Part shown: piece by piece, positions 16,859 to 26,630 of the stretch
How the letters are laid out: each line of letters starts with the position of its first letter
Numbering within the stretch: position 1 is the stretch's first letter
From: Candidatus Puniceispirillum sp.
GTDB taxonomy: Bacteria > Pseudomonadota > Alphaproteobacteria > Caedimonadales > UBA1908
Reading direction: 5' to 3'
Assembly (NCBI GenBank): GCA_013822015.1
Contig: PNJU01000002.1
Location: forward strand, 192,500 to 256,499
Length of the DNA: 64,000 nucleotides
The notes under the pieces: model-generated
The model's input: the letters and a program-made list of their open reading frames with translations, nothing else
Told to the model about the DNA's origin: nothing
The model's database searches: none
Program-made: the position numbers and the translations under genes

Positions 16859-17988
16859 GGTGCGTACCCCACAAGTGAGACCTGGACACCCTTGGGTGTA
16901 AGGTAATGATTCAGGCGCGTGAGTGTCTCCTCTTTGAGGGGCAGACTGATAATGAGCGTCCCACAAATGGTTCCGCCCAATGGGTCTAAGGTTCCCCCTA
17001 GAATGCTCACGTCCATCCCCTCGTCACGCACCAGCCCTGCAATCACAGGCTCCGCCGCCTGGGCGCCCGTAAAGAAGAGGCGTGCCACAAGTTCCTTGGC
17101 ACCCTGCGGTGTGTCTTGGAGGCGTTCCATCACAACACGGGGAACGCGCGCATTAAACAAATGTTGGACCAGGGATTTTGTCATCTCGCTTTTTGGCGCT
17201 ATGAAAACCTGGTCAACACGGCCCTGATCCACCACACGCCCTTGGTCCAACACCACAACATGGGTGCAAAGGTCACGCACGATGGCCATTTCATGGGTAA
17301 TCAGCACCATGGTCAGCCCTAGGGTGTGATTGAGATGAGCCAGCAACGCCAAAATGTCTTGGGTTGTTTCGGGGTCAAGGGCTGAGGTTGCCTCATCGCA
17401 CAAAAGCAGATGGGGGTCGCTGGCCAGAGCCCTTGCAATGGCCACACGCTGGGCTTGCCCGCCACTGAGCTCTCCAGGATAGGCGCCCTCTTTGTGGGAG
17501 AGCCCAACCAACTCAAGACAGCTCCTTGCCTTTTCCAGAGCCACGCGCGCACCCACACCAGCCATCTCCAAGGGAAGCATGACATTTTCGAGGCTAGTGC
17601 GCCGGCGCAGTAAGTGAAACTGTTGAAAAATCATGGCAATCCGGCGGCGCTGGTCTCTCAGCTCCACCGCTGACATTTCTTTGAGCGCACGCCCCTCAAA
17701 AGACACGGAGCCTTCGTCGGGGATCTCTAAGCCATTTAAACAGCGCAGAAGCGTGCTTTTGCCCGCACCGCTTTTCCCAACAATACCAAGTATTTCCCCA
17801 GCATTGACGTCAAAGGTGACGTGACGCAGCGCCCAAGCGTCCTGCGCATAACGTTTGGACACGCCGTTAAGACTTAGAATAGGAGAGTGAGGGGGGGGCT
17901 GTGTAATAAAAACAATGCTCCGCTTGTCTAAACTATTTTGTGTGCATCCGCTGAATAGGGCTCCACTCGCCTTCCGGCGGATGGGCAA
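16855..17988 (-). CDS. metN: Methionine ABC transporter ATP-binding protein (start uncertain)
   Basis: Walker A GKSGAGKST, signature LSGGQAQRVAIARAL, Walker B LLLCDEATSALD and a C-terminal NIL domain. Homology begins around ILSLNGVSKRY (about 17886). The ATG at 17988 would overlap the upstream cyclase gene by 56 nt. Confidence 0.88.
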   Translation of the reverse strand: MPIRRKASGALFSGCTQNSLDKRSIVFITQPPPHSPILSLNGVSKRYAQDAWALRHVTFDVNAGEILGIVGKSGAGKSTLLRCLNGLEIPDEGSVSFEGRALKEMSAVELRDQRRRIAMIFQQFHLLRRRTSLENVMLPLEMAGVGARVALEKARSCLELVGLSHKEGAYPGELSGGQAQRVAIARALASDPHLLLCDEATSALDPETTQDILALLAHLNHTLGLTMVLITHEMAIVRDLCTHVVVLDQGRVVDQGRVDQVFIAPKSEMTKSLVQHLFNARVPRVVMERLQDTPQGAKELVARLFFTGAQAAEPVIAGLVRDEGMDVSILGGTLDPLGGTICGTLIISLPLKEETLTRLNHYLTPKGVQVSLVGYAP

Positions 17989-20143
17989 TCAAGGCGCGGC
18001 ACCTTTCAATGTACAAAAGTGAAAGGGCGTCAGCCGGCTTGTGCAGCAGAACTTTTTCATAAAGTTTTATGGCACCTTCCCAATCCTTGTGCAAGTATTT
18101 TTCGAATGCGTGGGTGGTGATTTGGCACCACTCAACTTGCTCGGGTGTTGCCTTGAGGAGGGGATCCTCCCCAAGCTGCGCCACAAGCTCAAAGATATGC
18201 ACGCCCTTTTCTTTTCCCTTCACAGCCACGATGTCTATAGGACGTGTCAGGAAGGTTTTTTTGATTTCCTTGTACACGGACTCACTGACACAAATGGTGG
18301 TGGCATAAAGCTTATTAATCCCCTCCAGGCGTGAGGCCAAATTCACGTGGTCACCAATAACCGTGTAGTTCATGCGATCAGATGATCCCATGTTCCCCAC
18401 AATGACCTCTCCGTAATCAATACCAAAGCGCGTATTAAGTCGTGGGAGCTTTGACGCCTCCCACTTGCGGTTGAGTTCAGCCAGATGATGGACGCACAAA
18501 AGAGCCGCCTTACACGCATTTTGTGCGTTCTTCGGATCCTTTTCGGGCGCACCCCAAAAGGACATGATGGCGTCTCCAATGAATTTATCGATGGTCCCTT
18601 TGTGGGCTAAAATAATGTCACTGAGCTCGCTCATGTAATTGGACAAGTGGTTCATGAGCGCGCCCGACTCCATCTTCTCAGAAACAGACGTAAAGCTCTC
18701 GATATCCGAAAACATAATGGTCAGCTTACGCCGTTCGCCGCCCAGCATCACGTTTCCGCCTTGCTGAATAAGCGTGCGCACCAGGGATTTGGGCACAAAT
18801 TTTCCAAAGGCGGAGAGCCCTTCCCGCATGGCGTTGAGGGCATTTTCCATCTGGGTTATTTCGGCGAACTGGGAATTCAAAGGCGATGGCGCATCTAAAT
18901 CCAAGTCCTTCATGCGGCGCATATGGCCTGCTAACGTCTCGATGGGATAGGAAATTTTCTGTGCAAAGACAATCAAAAGAATGATAGACACAACCAAAAT
19001 AAGGAGCGAAATCATCAAAACGTCTTGGCTTGTCTCCCGGATGGGCCCCACAAAGTCATCATAGGGCGCTAGAAGCCCCAGGGTCCAATCGCGTGAAAAT
19101 GTGCCGGGAAAGTGGGAAAAATGCGCAACGTATTCAATATCGTCACGTTCATAGCGAAAGTGGGACAGACGATTCTTTTTGTAAAGCTCATAGGCGTTGG
19201 AAATTGCCGTATCACCCATTTGCGTGACCTTTGCAAGGCGCACCGATTCCTGTTTAGTCACGGGATCTGTATAGGTCACATAGGTCTCGTTCACATCGGG
19301 AAACGACACGAGTTCATCTCTGTCATTGATGATAAAGTTCAGCCCCGAGCGACTGGCCTTTTGTTTTGCCAGTAGATGTGACAGCTGCTCAATACCTATA
19401 TCGCACGCAAGCACGCCAAAAAAGCGCCCCTGGGCATCTTTGAGGGGCACAGATGCCGTGATCACAAACTGGGTTGAAAACCAACTTGCGTACACGTTGG
19501 ACCAGTTTGACTTACCAAGCTCCTTCGTGCGCACATACCAGTCGCGTTTGCGGTTATCGTATTCCAGGTCCTGTGCAACCGCGGGCCTGTACTCGCGCCC
19601 TATTTCTTGACCTTGCGCGTTCACGTAAGAGCGCCACTCTTGATAGCCGCCATTCCTGCGATCCACCACATCCACCACAAAGGCGCTCCCATGGGGAATG
19701 GGTCTGTCGGGCGTATAAAGCAGGACTCGCTTTTCAGGAACCTTTGAGATGGACAAAAGATTTCCATCTTCATCGGCGGCAAAGATAAGGCTGCTCTGGG
19801 GAAGGGCGTCAAAGCTCCCCTTCAAAAAAGCAAACAAAGGAGCGCTATCAAGGATGTGCCTGTCGGATACGCTTTCAACACGTGCCCCTAGCTCCATGAT
19901 ACTCATGGCGGGCGTAAAGTAAGCAAGGGTGTCATCCATAATGGATTTTTGCGTTTTGGTGATGAGGTCCTGGGAGGTTGAATCAATGGCGCTTTGGATG
20001 TTCCACCTGGTATAGGTCGTGGTCAGTGCAAGGGAAACAATTAAAAGTCCGACAAAGATGACCAAAATGCCAAAACGGATTTTGTGTTGTTTTTTGAATA
20101 GGCTATTAAGGCTTACTTTTTCACCTAGGCTCACATTACGCAT
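17933..20143 (-). CDS. Membrane sensor adenylate/guanylate cyclase (Cache-like periplasmic domain, HAMP, class III cyclase, TPR-like tail)
   Basis: 736 aa with two TM segments flanking a ~330-aa extracytoplasmic region. Cyclase motifs are LTIMFSDIESFTS...FIGDAIMSFWGAP...RFGIDYGEVIVGNMGSSDRMNYTVIGDHVNLASRLEG. Confidence 0.85.
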   Translation of the reverse strand: MRNVSLGEKVSLNSLFKKQHKIRFGILVIFVGLLIVSLALTTTYTRWNIQSAIDSTSQDLITKTQKSIMDDTLAYFTPAMSIMELGARVESVSDRHILDSAPLFAFLKGSFDALPQSSLIFAADEDGNLLSISKVPEKRVLLYTPDRPIPHGSAFVVDVVDRRNGGYQEWRSYVNAQGQEIGREYRPAVAQDLEYDNRKRDWYVRTKELGKSNWSNVYASWFSTQFVITASVPLKDAQGRFFGVLACDIGIEQLSHLLAKQKASRSGLNFIINDRDELVSFPDVNETYVTYTDPVTKQESVRLAKVTQMGDTAISNAYELYKKNRLSHFRYERDDIEYVAHFSHFPGTFSRDWTLGLLAPYDDFVGPIRETSQDVLMISLLILVVSIILLIVFAQKISYPIETLAGHMRRMKDLDLDAPSPLNSQFAEITQMENALNAMREGLSAFGKFVPKSLVRTLIQQGGNVMLGGERRKLTIMFSDIESFTSVSEKMESGALMNHLSNYMSELSDIILAHKGTIDKFIGDAIMSFWGAPEKDPKNAQNACKAALLCVHHLAELNRKWEASKLPRLNTRFGIDYGEVIVGNMGSSDRMNYTVIGDHVNLASRLEGINKLYATTICVSESVYKEIKKTFLTRPIDIVAVKGKEKGVHIFELVAQLGEDPLLKATPEQVEWCQITTHAFEKYLHKDWEGAIKLYEKVLLHKPADALSLLYIERCRALIAHPPEGEWSPIQRMHTK

Positions 20144-20289
20144 CCTTTTATTTCCCTGTGAGGTGATTCTAACACGCTTTTCTTGCGTGTAAAATCAATT
20201 ACACGCAGACAAAGACAGACGACCCGTTAAGACTTTATTAAGGCGCCAGGCACGAAGATGGAATGTGTGACTATGTATTACGTTAAAAT

Positions 20290-21201
20290 ATGGATTTGAG
20301 TTCTTTTGAAAAAATTGTCCTCATAGGTGCCAGCTCCGGATGGGGAGCCAAGCGCCGGGAAACGGAGTTTGGTCCAAGTTTCATGTATGAAAAAGATCTC
20401 ACGGGTCACTTGGCCGTGCGCAGCACACTACCTGTGTCATGGAAATGCGTCCCCACACCCATCTCCTTTGTTGGCCAACACGTACCCGTGGGAAAAGCCA
20501 CCCTTGCCATGATCACGTCACATGCTCAAAATGTCGCGAAAGTAGCACACCGTGCCACCCACGAGAATTGCTTTCCCTGTGTGATCGGAGGGGATCATAG
20601 CATTGCCATTGGCACATGGCAGGGCATCAGTGACGCACTGGACGCGCGTGGTGCCTTCGGTCTTATCTGGTTTGACGCCCACATGGACGCCCACACCCCC
20701 CAGACAAGTCCTTCCCAAGCATACCACGGCATGCCCGTTGCGACCCTTTTAGGATACGGCGAAGACGCACTGATCCATATCACCGACCCCACCACCCCTA
20801 CCCTGTCCCCGCAACACGTGGTCCTCATGGGGGTGCGCTCCTTTGAGGCAGGCGAGGAAGCGCTGCTCACACGCCTTGGTGTACGTATCTACTTTATGGA
20901 GGAGATTCGCACCCGGGGGTTTGAAGCCTGCCTTCAAGAGGCGATTGCGCGCGTTCAAGCGGGCACAAAGGGATTTGGACTGAGCATTGATCTTGACGGT
21001 TTTGATCCCACCTTTGCACCAGGGGTTGGCTCGCCTGAGGCAGGTGGCTTATACCCTGATGAGGTTGTGGGCGCACTTCACCATGTGAAGGGCGCAAAAG
21101 GATTTTGTGGACTTGAAATCATGGAGTTTAACCCAACCCGAGACCGTGATAATATGACAAGCAATCTGATTGAATCCTTGGTTTTTGCTTTATTGCCCTG
21201 A
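20290..21201 (+). CDS. rocF: Arginase (ureohydrolase family)
   Basis: Mn-binding motifs GGDHSIAIG, WFDAHMDAHTP...HGMPV and SIDLDGFDP. It is adjacent to ornithine aminotransferase. Confidence 0.85.
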   Translation: MDLSSFEKIVLIGASSGWGAKRRETEFGPSFMYEKDLTGHLAVRSTLPVSWKCVPTPISFVGQHVPVGKATLAMITSHAQNVAKVAHRATHENCFPCVIGGDHSIAIGTWQGISDALDARGAFGLIWFDAHMDAHTPQTSPSQAYHGMPVATLLGYGEDALIHITDPTTPTLSPQHVVLMGVRSFEAGEEALLTRLGVRIYFMEEIRTRGFEACLQEAIARVQAGTKGFGLSIDLDGFDPTFAPGVGSPEAGGLYPDEVVGALHHVKGAKGFCGLEIMEFNPTRDRDNMTSNLIESLVFALLP

Positions 21202-21213
21202 AAGAGTGAACTG

Positions 21214-22419
21214 ATGGTGATACAAAACGTCTTTGAGCGGGAAGCTTTTTACGGTGCCCCCATCTATCATCCCCTTCCTGTGGTCCTCACCCGGGGCGAA
21301 GGGGTGTGGCTATGGGATGACCAAGATAAGCGCTATCTTGATATGATGTCCTCCTATTCCGCCGTCAGCTGTGGGCATGCCCATCCTCGCTTGACCGCCG
21401 CTCTATGCAAGCAAGCCAACATTCTCTCCCTTGTCTCCCGGGCCTTTTACACAAAACCCCTTGGGCGCCTTCTTGAAAAACTCTGCCTGCTTTCTGGCCT
21501 TGAGATGGGCATTATCATGAACACGGGCGCAGAAGCTGTTGAGACAGCTATTAAGGCGGCGCGTCGATGGGGATACCGCGCCAAAGAAATCCCAAAGGAT
21601 AAGGCTGAAATCATCGTTGTGGCTGGTAATTTCCATGGACGCACAACAACCATCGTGAGTTTTTCCGATGAGCCCGCGTACCAAGCTGACTTTGGCCCCC
21701 TCACCCCTGGCTTTCGTCTTGTGCCTTACGGGAACGTGGAAGCCCTGGCCCAAGCGATCACGCCCTATACGTGCGCAGTCCTTATGGAGCCCATACAAGG
21801 AGAGGCCGGCATTAAAACACCCCCAGAGGGCTATCTTCAAAAGGTTCAAAGCCTTTGCAACGGTCACAAAGTGTTGCTTTTGTTGGACGAGATTCAGACG
21901 GGATTTGGACGCACGGGAAAGCGTTTTGCCTTTGAGCATGACGGTCTTAAACCTGACGGTCTTATCCTGGGAAAGGCCTTAGGGGGCGGTCTTTTCCCGG
22001 TATCCGCCTTCTTGTCCACAAAAAAGGTCTTGAGCCTTATGACCCCAGGTAGCCACGGCTCGACCTTTGGTGGCAACCCTCTTGGATGCTGCGTGGCCTT
22101 AGAGACCCTTGCATTGATGGAGGATGAGCGCTTAAGCGACCACGCGGCCATCATGGGTGAAAAATTCATGAAAGCGCTCAAGGAGATACATTCTCCCCTC
22201 ATCAAAGAAGTGCGCGGCAAAGGGCTTCTCATTGGTGTTGAGATTGACGCCAGCCGCGCCAAAGCACGCGCCGTGTGCGAGGGGCTTATGAAACGAGGCG
22301 TGCTCACCAAAGAGACCCACGAAACCGTCGTGCGCTTTGCGCCACCTCTTATTATCACTTGGCAAGAGATCGAATTCTGTTTAAATGCACTCAAACAAAC
22401 CCTCAATGCCCTTGAATAA
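21214..22419 (+). CDS. rocD: Ornithine--oxo-acid aminotransferase
   Basis: 401 aa; YGAPIYHPLPVVLTRGEGVWLWD...YSAVSCGHAHPRL...LLLDEIQTGFGRTGK...GSHGSTFGGNPL, typical of a class III PLP OAT. Confidence 0.9.
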   Translation: MVIQNVFEREAFYGAPIYHPLPVVLTRGEGVWLWDDQDKRYLDMMSSYSAVSCGHAHPRLTAALCKQANILSLVSRAFYTKPLGRLLEKLCLLSGLEMGIIMNTGAEAVETAIKAARRWGYRAKEIPKDKAEIIVVAGNFHGRTTTIVSFSDEPAYQADFGPLTPGFRLVPYGNVEALAQAITPYTCAVLMEPIQGEAGIKTPPEGYLQKVQSLCNGHKVLLLLDEIQTGFGRTGKRFAFEHDGLKPDGLILGKALGGGLFPVSAFLSTKKVLSLMTPGSHGSTFGGNPLGCCVALETLALMEDERLSDHAAIMGEKFMKALKEIHSPLIKEVRGKGLLIGVEIDASRAKARAVCEGLMKRGVLTKETHETVVRFAPPLIITWQEIEFCLNALKQTLNALE

Positions 22420-22441
22420 ACTTTTATAACGCGAGCACGCC

Positions 22442-22621
22442 ATGTCCCAATGCCCCCTTTGCCATAAGCCAACAGACGCACAATTTCGCCCCTTTTGTTC
22501 AAAACGCTGCAAAGACGTTGATCTCGGGCGCTGGTTTAATGAGAGTTATAACGTCCCCTGCCCGCCTGAAGAAAGCCTTCAAGGCGACGAGGATGAGGAA
22601 ATTTATACAGACCATCGCTAA
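22442..22621 (+). CDS. yacG: DNA gyrase inhibitor YacG (zinc-ribbon protein, 59 aa)
   Basis: Hand translation gives MSQCPLCHKPTDAQFRPFCSKRCKDVDLGRWFNESYNVPCPPEE..., with the C-x2-C...C-x3-C pattern followed by DLGRW that is characteristic of YacG. It falls just below the 60-aa ORF-track cutoff. Confidence 0.75.
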   Translation: MSQCPLCHKPTDAQFRPFCSKRCKDVDLGRWFNESYNVPCPPEESLQGDEDEEIYTDHR

Positions 22622-22623
22622 GG

Positions 22624-25311
22624 TCAACCAGACGCCTCATCCCACGTATGCCCCATACCAAAGTCCACAACCAAGGGCACTTTAAGGGTTGCAACGCCTT
22701 CCATGATCTCTTTCATGGTGACAGTGAAAAGCCCGGCAACCTCGGCGGGCACTTCAAAGATCAGCTCGTCATGAACTTGCAGCAGGAGCTTGGCCTGGGG
22801 AAAGTCTTTGACCATACGCCCGTGGGTTTTGATCATGGCTTTCTTCACAAGATCTGCCGCACTTCCTTGTAGGGGCGCGTTGATGGCCTGACGCTGGGCA
22901 AAGGCGCGCTTGGCGGCGTTGGGGTCCTTGATTCCCTCAATGAAGCAGCGCCTGCCCTCCAAAGTCTCCACATAACCCTTTTCGGTTGCAAAGGCTTTGA
23001 CCTCTTCCATATGGGCCACAATCCCTGGGTAGCGGGCGCAGTAATCCTTAATGTACTGCGCAGCCTCCCCTTGGGGAATTTGCAGTTGTTGTGACAGACC
23101 AAAGGCACTGATCCCATAGATAATACCAAAGTTAATGGCTTTGGCCCGGCGTCTTAGTTCTGATGTCACCTGATCGAGGGGCACGTGGAAGACATCGCTG
23201 GCTGTGCGTGCGTGAATGTCTTCGCCCTTCACGAAAGCGTCGACAAGTGTGGGCATATGAGCCATGTGGGCTAAAAGACGCAGCTCAATTTGAGAATAAT
23301 CCAGGGCCACAAACACCATGCCTTGCTTTGGCACAAAGGCCTGGCGAATCTTGCGCCCTTCTGCGGTTCGGATGGGAATATTTTGCAAATTAGGATTACT
23401 GGAGGCTAGGCGCCCAGTGGTTGTTGAGGTCATGGAAAAATGCGTATGCACACGTCCCGTACGCGGGCTAACCTGCGTCACAAGGGCCTGGGCATAGGTG
23501 CTGTTGAGCTTTGCCAGCTGGCGCCACTCTAGCACCTTTTGCGCTAGGACACTTCCCTCAGCGGCCAAGCGCTCAAGCTCGCTTGCCTTCGTGCTAAACG
23601 CGCCGGCCTTACCTTTTCGACCCGTTGCAAGACCTTGCTCTTCAAAAAGCACCTGGGCCAGCTGTTGGGAGGACGCCACATTGAAGGACTTACCCGCTAA
23701 AGCGTGGATCTCGCCTTCTAAAAGCGTCATACGCCTTGTGAGGTCCTGGGCAAGGTGTTGGAGAGATGTCACGTCCACAAGCACGCCCGTTTCCTCCATC
23801 TCCATCAAAATAGCTGAGGTTGGAAGATCCAGGGTTTTATAAAGGGTCAGGCACTTTTCATCGAAGAGCCTCTTTGAGAAATAGTCGAAAAGCTCCGCTA
23901 AAACCTGAGCCGTGTGGGGCGTATCCTCACCCGGACGCGCGCTTTCAAGAAGGATGTCTAGGCTATGGGCATGCTTTGACCCATCCAGGCAATAGGACAT
24001 GAGCATTATGTCATCATAGTGTGTGACTTTGGCGCAGCCCCACCCACGCAGGGCTTGAATCTGTGCTTTTGCGTCATGGCATATCTTATGGACACTGCGC
24101 TCGGCCAAAATGGGCGCAAGGGCCGCGATGGCCTGGGCACAGCTCACACCTGACTCAGGCACGCTTTGGTCAAAGAGCAAACTTTGGGCTGGCGGGTGGG
24201 TCAGCACAACGCTGGCCGTTGTATAAGGGTCCATGGCAAGGGAAAGGTGATCAAGGCGCGGCGTAAAATCATCTTGCTCGCGCACACGTGCATGAAGGGC
24301 AAGACGCCCGACATCAGCCGCCTTCTGCAGCCACACCTTTAGCGCCTCAAGGTCCGTGATTTGTGTATGTACCGTCTCGCGTAGAGGTGTGGGGGTAGGC
24401 CCACTTGGCCTGGCCGCCTCTTCACTCAAAACGCCCTCGCGGCGTAGGCGCGCATAAAGGGTCTTAAACTCATTCTCCAACAGAAATGTCGCCAGCGCCT
24501 TTTCATCGAGGGGCATCTTTTTGAAGAAAGACAAGGGCGTGTCCAGGGGCACGTGGGTCTCAAGGGTTGCAAGCTTACGCGACAGAAGCGCGTCCTCCCG
24601 GTGAGCCTCTAAACTCTCCCGCCTCTTGGTTTGGGTGATGGTGTGTAGGTTTTCAAGAAGCTGGTCTAAGGTGCCAAAGGTCCCAATGAGGCTGCTGGCG
24701 GTTTTTATCCCAATGCCTGGCACACCGGGAATATTGTCGGACGTGTCTCCAACGAGCGCTTGCACGTCCACAACTTGGCTGGGAGCTACCCCAAACTTTT
24801 CGTGAACAGCCGCCGCGTCAATGGTCTTGTTCTTTAAGGGGTCCCACATCTCCACGCGTCCCCCCACGAGCTGCATGAGGTCCTTGTCCGACGACACAAG
24901 AATCACGTCATACCCTTCTTCACTTGCTCGCCTTGCAAGGGTCGCCATCAGGTCATCGGCTTCATACCCTTCCATTTCCAGACACGGCACATTCATGGCT
25001 TCACACACTTTTCTGATCAGCGGAAATTGAGGGATGAGATCTTCGGGTGTGGCCGCCCGGTTGGCCTTATAGGCCGGGTAAAGGTCCTGGCGAAAACTCT
25101 TGCGGCTGTGGTCAAAGATCACCCCGACATGATCAACTTCCCGGTCACCCAGGAGCTTTACCAGCATATTGGCAAACCCCAGAACCGCACCCACACTTGT
25201 GCCATCAGGACGTGTCAGTGGTGGAAGCGCGTGGTACGCCCTGAAAATAAAACCAGATCCATCAATGAGATAGAGGTGCTTGTGTGCGCTTGCGTCTTGA
25301 TCGTGTGTCAT
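22624..25311 (-). CDS. polA: DNA polymerase I
   Basis: 895 aa with a 5'-3' exonuclease N-terminus (LYLIDGSGFIFRAYHAL), and polymerase motifs DYSQIELRLLAH and QVHDELIFE. Confidence 0.97.
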   Translation of the reverse strand: MTHDQDASAHKHLYLIDGSGFIFRAYHALPPLTRPDGTSVGAVLGFANMLVKLLGDREVDHVGVIFDHSRKSFRQDLYPAYKANRAATPEDLIPQFPLIRKVCEAMNVPCLEMEGYEADDLMATLARRASEEGYDVILVSSDKDLMQLVGGRVEMWDPLKNKTIDAAAVHEKFGVAPSQVVDVQALVGDTSDNIPGVPGIGIKTASSLIGTFGTLDQLLENLHTITQTKRRESLEAHREDALLSRKLATLETHVPLDTPLSFFKKMPLDEKALATFLLENEFKTLYARLRREGVLSEEAARPSGPTPTPLRETVHTQITDLEALKVWLQKAADVGRLALHARVREQDDFTPRLDHLSLAMDPYTTASVVLTHPPAQSLLFDQSVPESGVSCAQAIAALAPILAERSVHKICHDAKAQIQALRGWGCAKVTHYDDIMLMSYCLDGSKHAHSLDILLESARPGEDTPHTAQVLAELFDYFSKRLFDEKCLTLYKTLDLPTSAILMEMEETGVLVDVTSLQHLAQDLTRRMTLLEGEIHALAGKSFNVASSQQLAQVLFEEQGLATGRKGKAGAFSTKASELERLAAEGSVLAQKVLEWRQLAKLNSTYAQALVTQVSPRTGRVHTHFSMTSTTTGRLASSNPNLQNIPIRTAEGRKIRQAFVPKQGMVFVALDYSQIELRLLAHMAHMPTLVDAFVKGEDIHARTASDVFHVPLDQVTSELRRRAKAINFGIIYGISAFGLSQQLQIPQGEAAQYIKDYCARYPGIVAHMEEVKAFATEKGYVETLEGRRCFIEGIKDPNAAKRAFAQRQAINAPLQGSAADLVKKAMIKTHGRMVKDFPQAKLLLQVHDELIFEVPAEVAGLFTVTMKEIMEGVATLKVPLVVDFGMGHTWDEASG

Positions 25312-25499
25312 GGGTGTACCGTAAATATGCCTATGGTGCTCACTTTAACCCGCACTTGCGCACGTGTACAGAAAGGACTTGGAAAGCAGGCACTTTCTTA
25401 CAAGGTCCTGACCAAATGAAATCATTGTTTAATTTTTTGGTAAATAATTAATGAAAGCATGGCAGAATAAAAGCGGATAGAGAAAAAAGGAGAGAGCAA

Positions 25500-25964
25500 A
25501 TGAAACATATAAAATTCATAACACTTCTTATCACTGTTCCCTTTATCGTTACAACATTACCCGCCAGCACGCCATCTGCCACCACCACGCGCGCTCCTTC
25601 CACAAGCACCCACGCGCTTTCCTCAGAAGAGGTTGCAAAACTTCACGCGCTTCTGGGTGGGCCATCGGACATATCCCTCGAGGTCAAATTGAACTTTCTC
25701 AAAGATAAAATAGGAGGCAGCGAGCCAACCATTTTGGGACGCGTCGAGGGTTTAGCGAAAGAATTCGACGCACCATACGACGTGAGGCAAACTGTTCAAG
25801 CACTCAAAAAGGTCCTTGGGTTTCAGCCTCTTTTCTCAGACATTGCGCAAACCCTCGTTGAAGTCCGCTTGAGCGCCGCCACATCGCAAAGACTAACAAA
25901 ACCCCAAAAACTTGCTGCGACACAGGCGAAGACAGTGCGTGATTTAATGCGCGCCCTAGGATAG
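25500..25964 (+). CDS. Secreted hypothetical protein (154 aa)
   Basis: RBS AAGGAGAGAG. Leader MKHIKFITLLITVPFIVTTLPAS followed by an S/T/P-rich linker. No family recognised. Confidence 0.5.
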   Translation: MKHIKFITLLITVPFIVTTLPASTPSATTTRAPSTSTHALSSEEVAKLHALLGGPSDISLEVKLNFLKDKIGGSEPTILGRVEGLAKEFDAPYDVRQTVQALKKVLGFQPLFSDIAQTLVEVRLSAATSQRLTKPQKLAATQAKTVRDLMRALG

Positions 25965-26002
25965 CGTAAGCACAAGGAGGTTGCCCCTACCTGTTGCTCT
26001 CT

Positions 26003-26539
26003 TTAGTGCCGGTAAAGGATAAACTGAAAAAGCATAGGCTTGCCAACATCTACGTTGTTACGCACCGTGTACATAAATCCGTACCGTGAGGGTTTTTCAA
26101 AAGCTGTGCTGCGCACAACCTCCACATTTTCAAGTGCAAAGGGGTCCGCCGCCTCATAGGGCGCTATCAGGCTCGCAAAGGTCCGGCGCAAAACATCACT
26201 TTGGTTGCGATCAATGATGTACCAAGCGCACCCCACCTTATCAACGTAGTCCTGTTGCGCAGCAAAAAATGAGGCACCCGTGTGTTGATGACCTCTTTGC
26301 AAGAATGAGTAGGTATCATCGATCACTGGTGGGTGAGCGGCAGCTTTTTGGGCGTTCTTGAGACGATCAGCGCGCATAGAGATGCAAGTCTCCTCAAACC
26401 CATTGAAAAGCTTATCATATATTTCTTGACTGAAAACGCCTTGGGGCTTAGAAGGTAACCTCACCTCTTGAACGTCTACACTGGCAAGCAAACTCCCAGA
26501 CCCCAAAAACACAAAGACCAAACGCTTCAATAGATTCAT
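26003..26539 (-). CDS. Secreted hypothetical protein, tandem paralog family B member 1
   Basis: Leader MNLLKRLVFVFLGSGSLLAS. C-terminal core WYIIDRNQSDVLRRTF...VEVVRSTAFEKPSRYGFMYTVRNNVDVGKPMLFQFILY, shared with the next three ORFs. Confidence 0.7.
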   Translation of the reverse strand: MNLLKRLVFVFLGSGSLLASVDVQEVRLPSKPQGVFSQEIYDKLFNGFEETCISMRADRLKNAQKAAAHPPVIDDTYSFLQRGHQHTGASFFAAQQDYVDKVGCAWYIIDRNQSDVLRRTFASLIAPYEAADPFALENVEVVRSTAFEKPSRYGFMYTVRNNVDVGKPMLFQFILYRH

Positions 26540-26630
26540 TTCACTACACACTTTCATGCCAATTTGGCATGAACTAAGCATGGGCAGCGCGCTCAGTCAA
26601 GACGGTCTGTGAACCGCGGCGCTGTAAGGA

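Noticed and set aside
21894-22502. 202-aa minus-strand ORF spanning the rocD 3' end and yacG
   Set aside because: It overlaps two well-supported + strand genes, and its product is R/S/P-rich without motifs.
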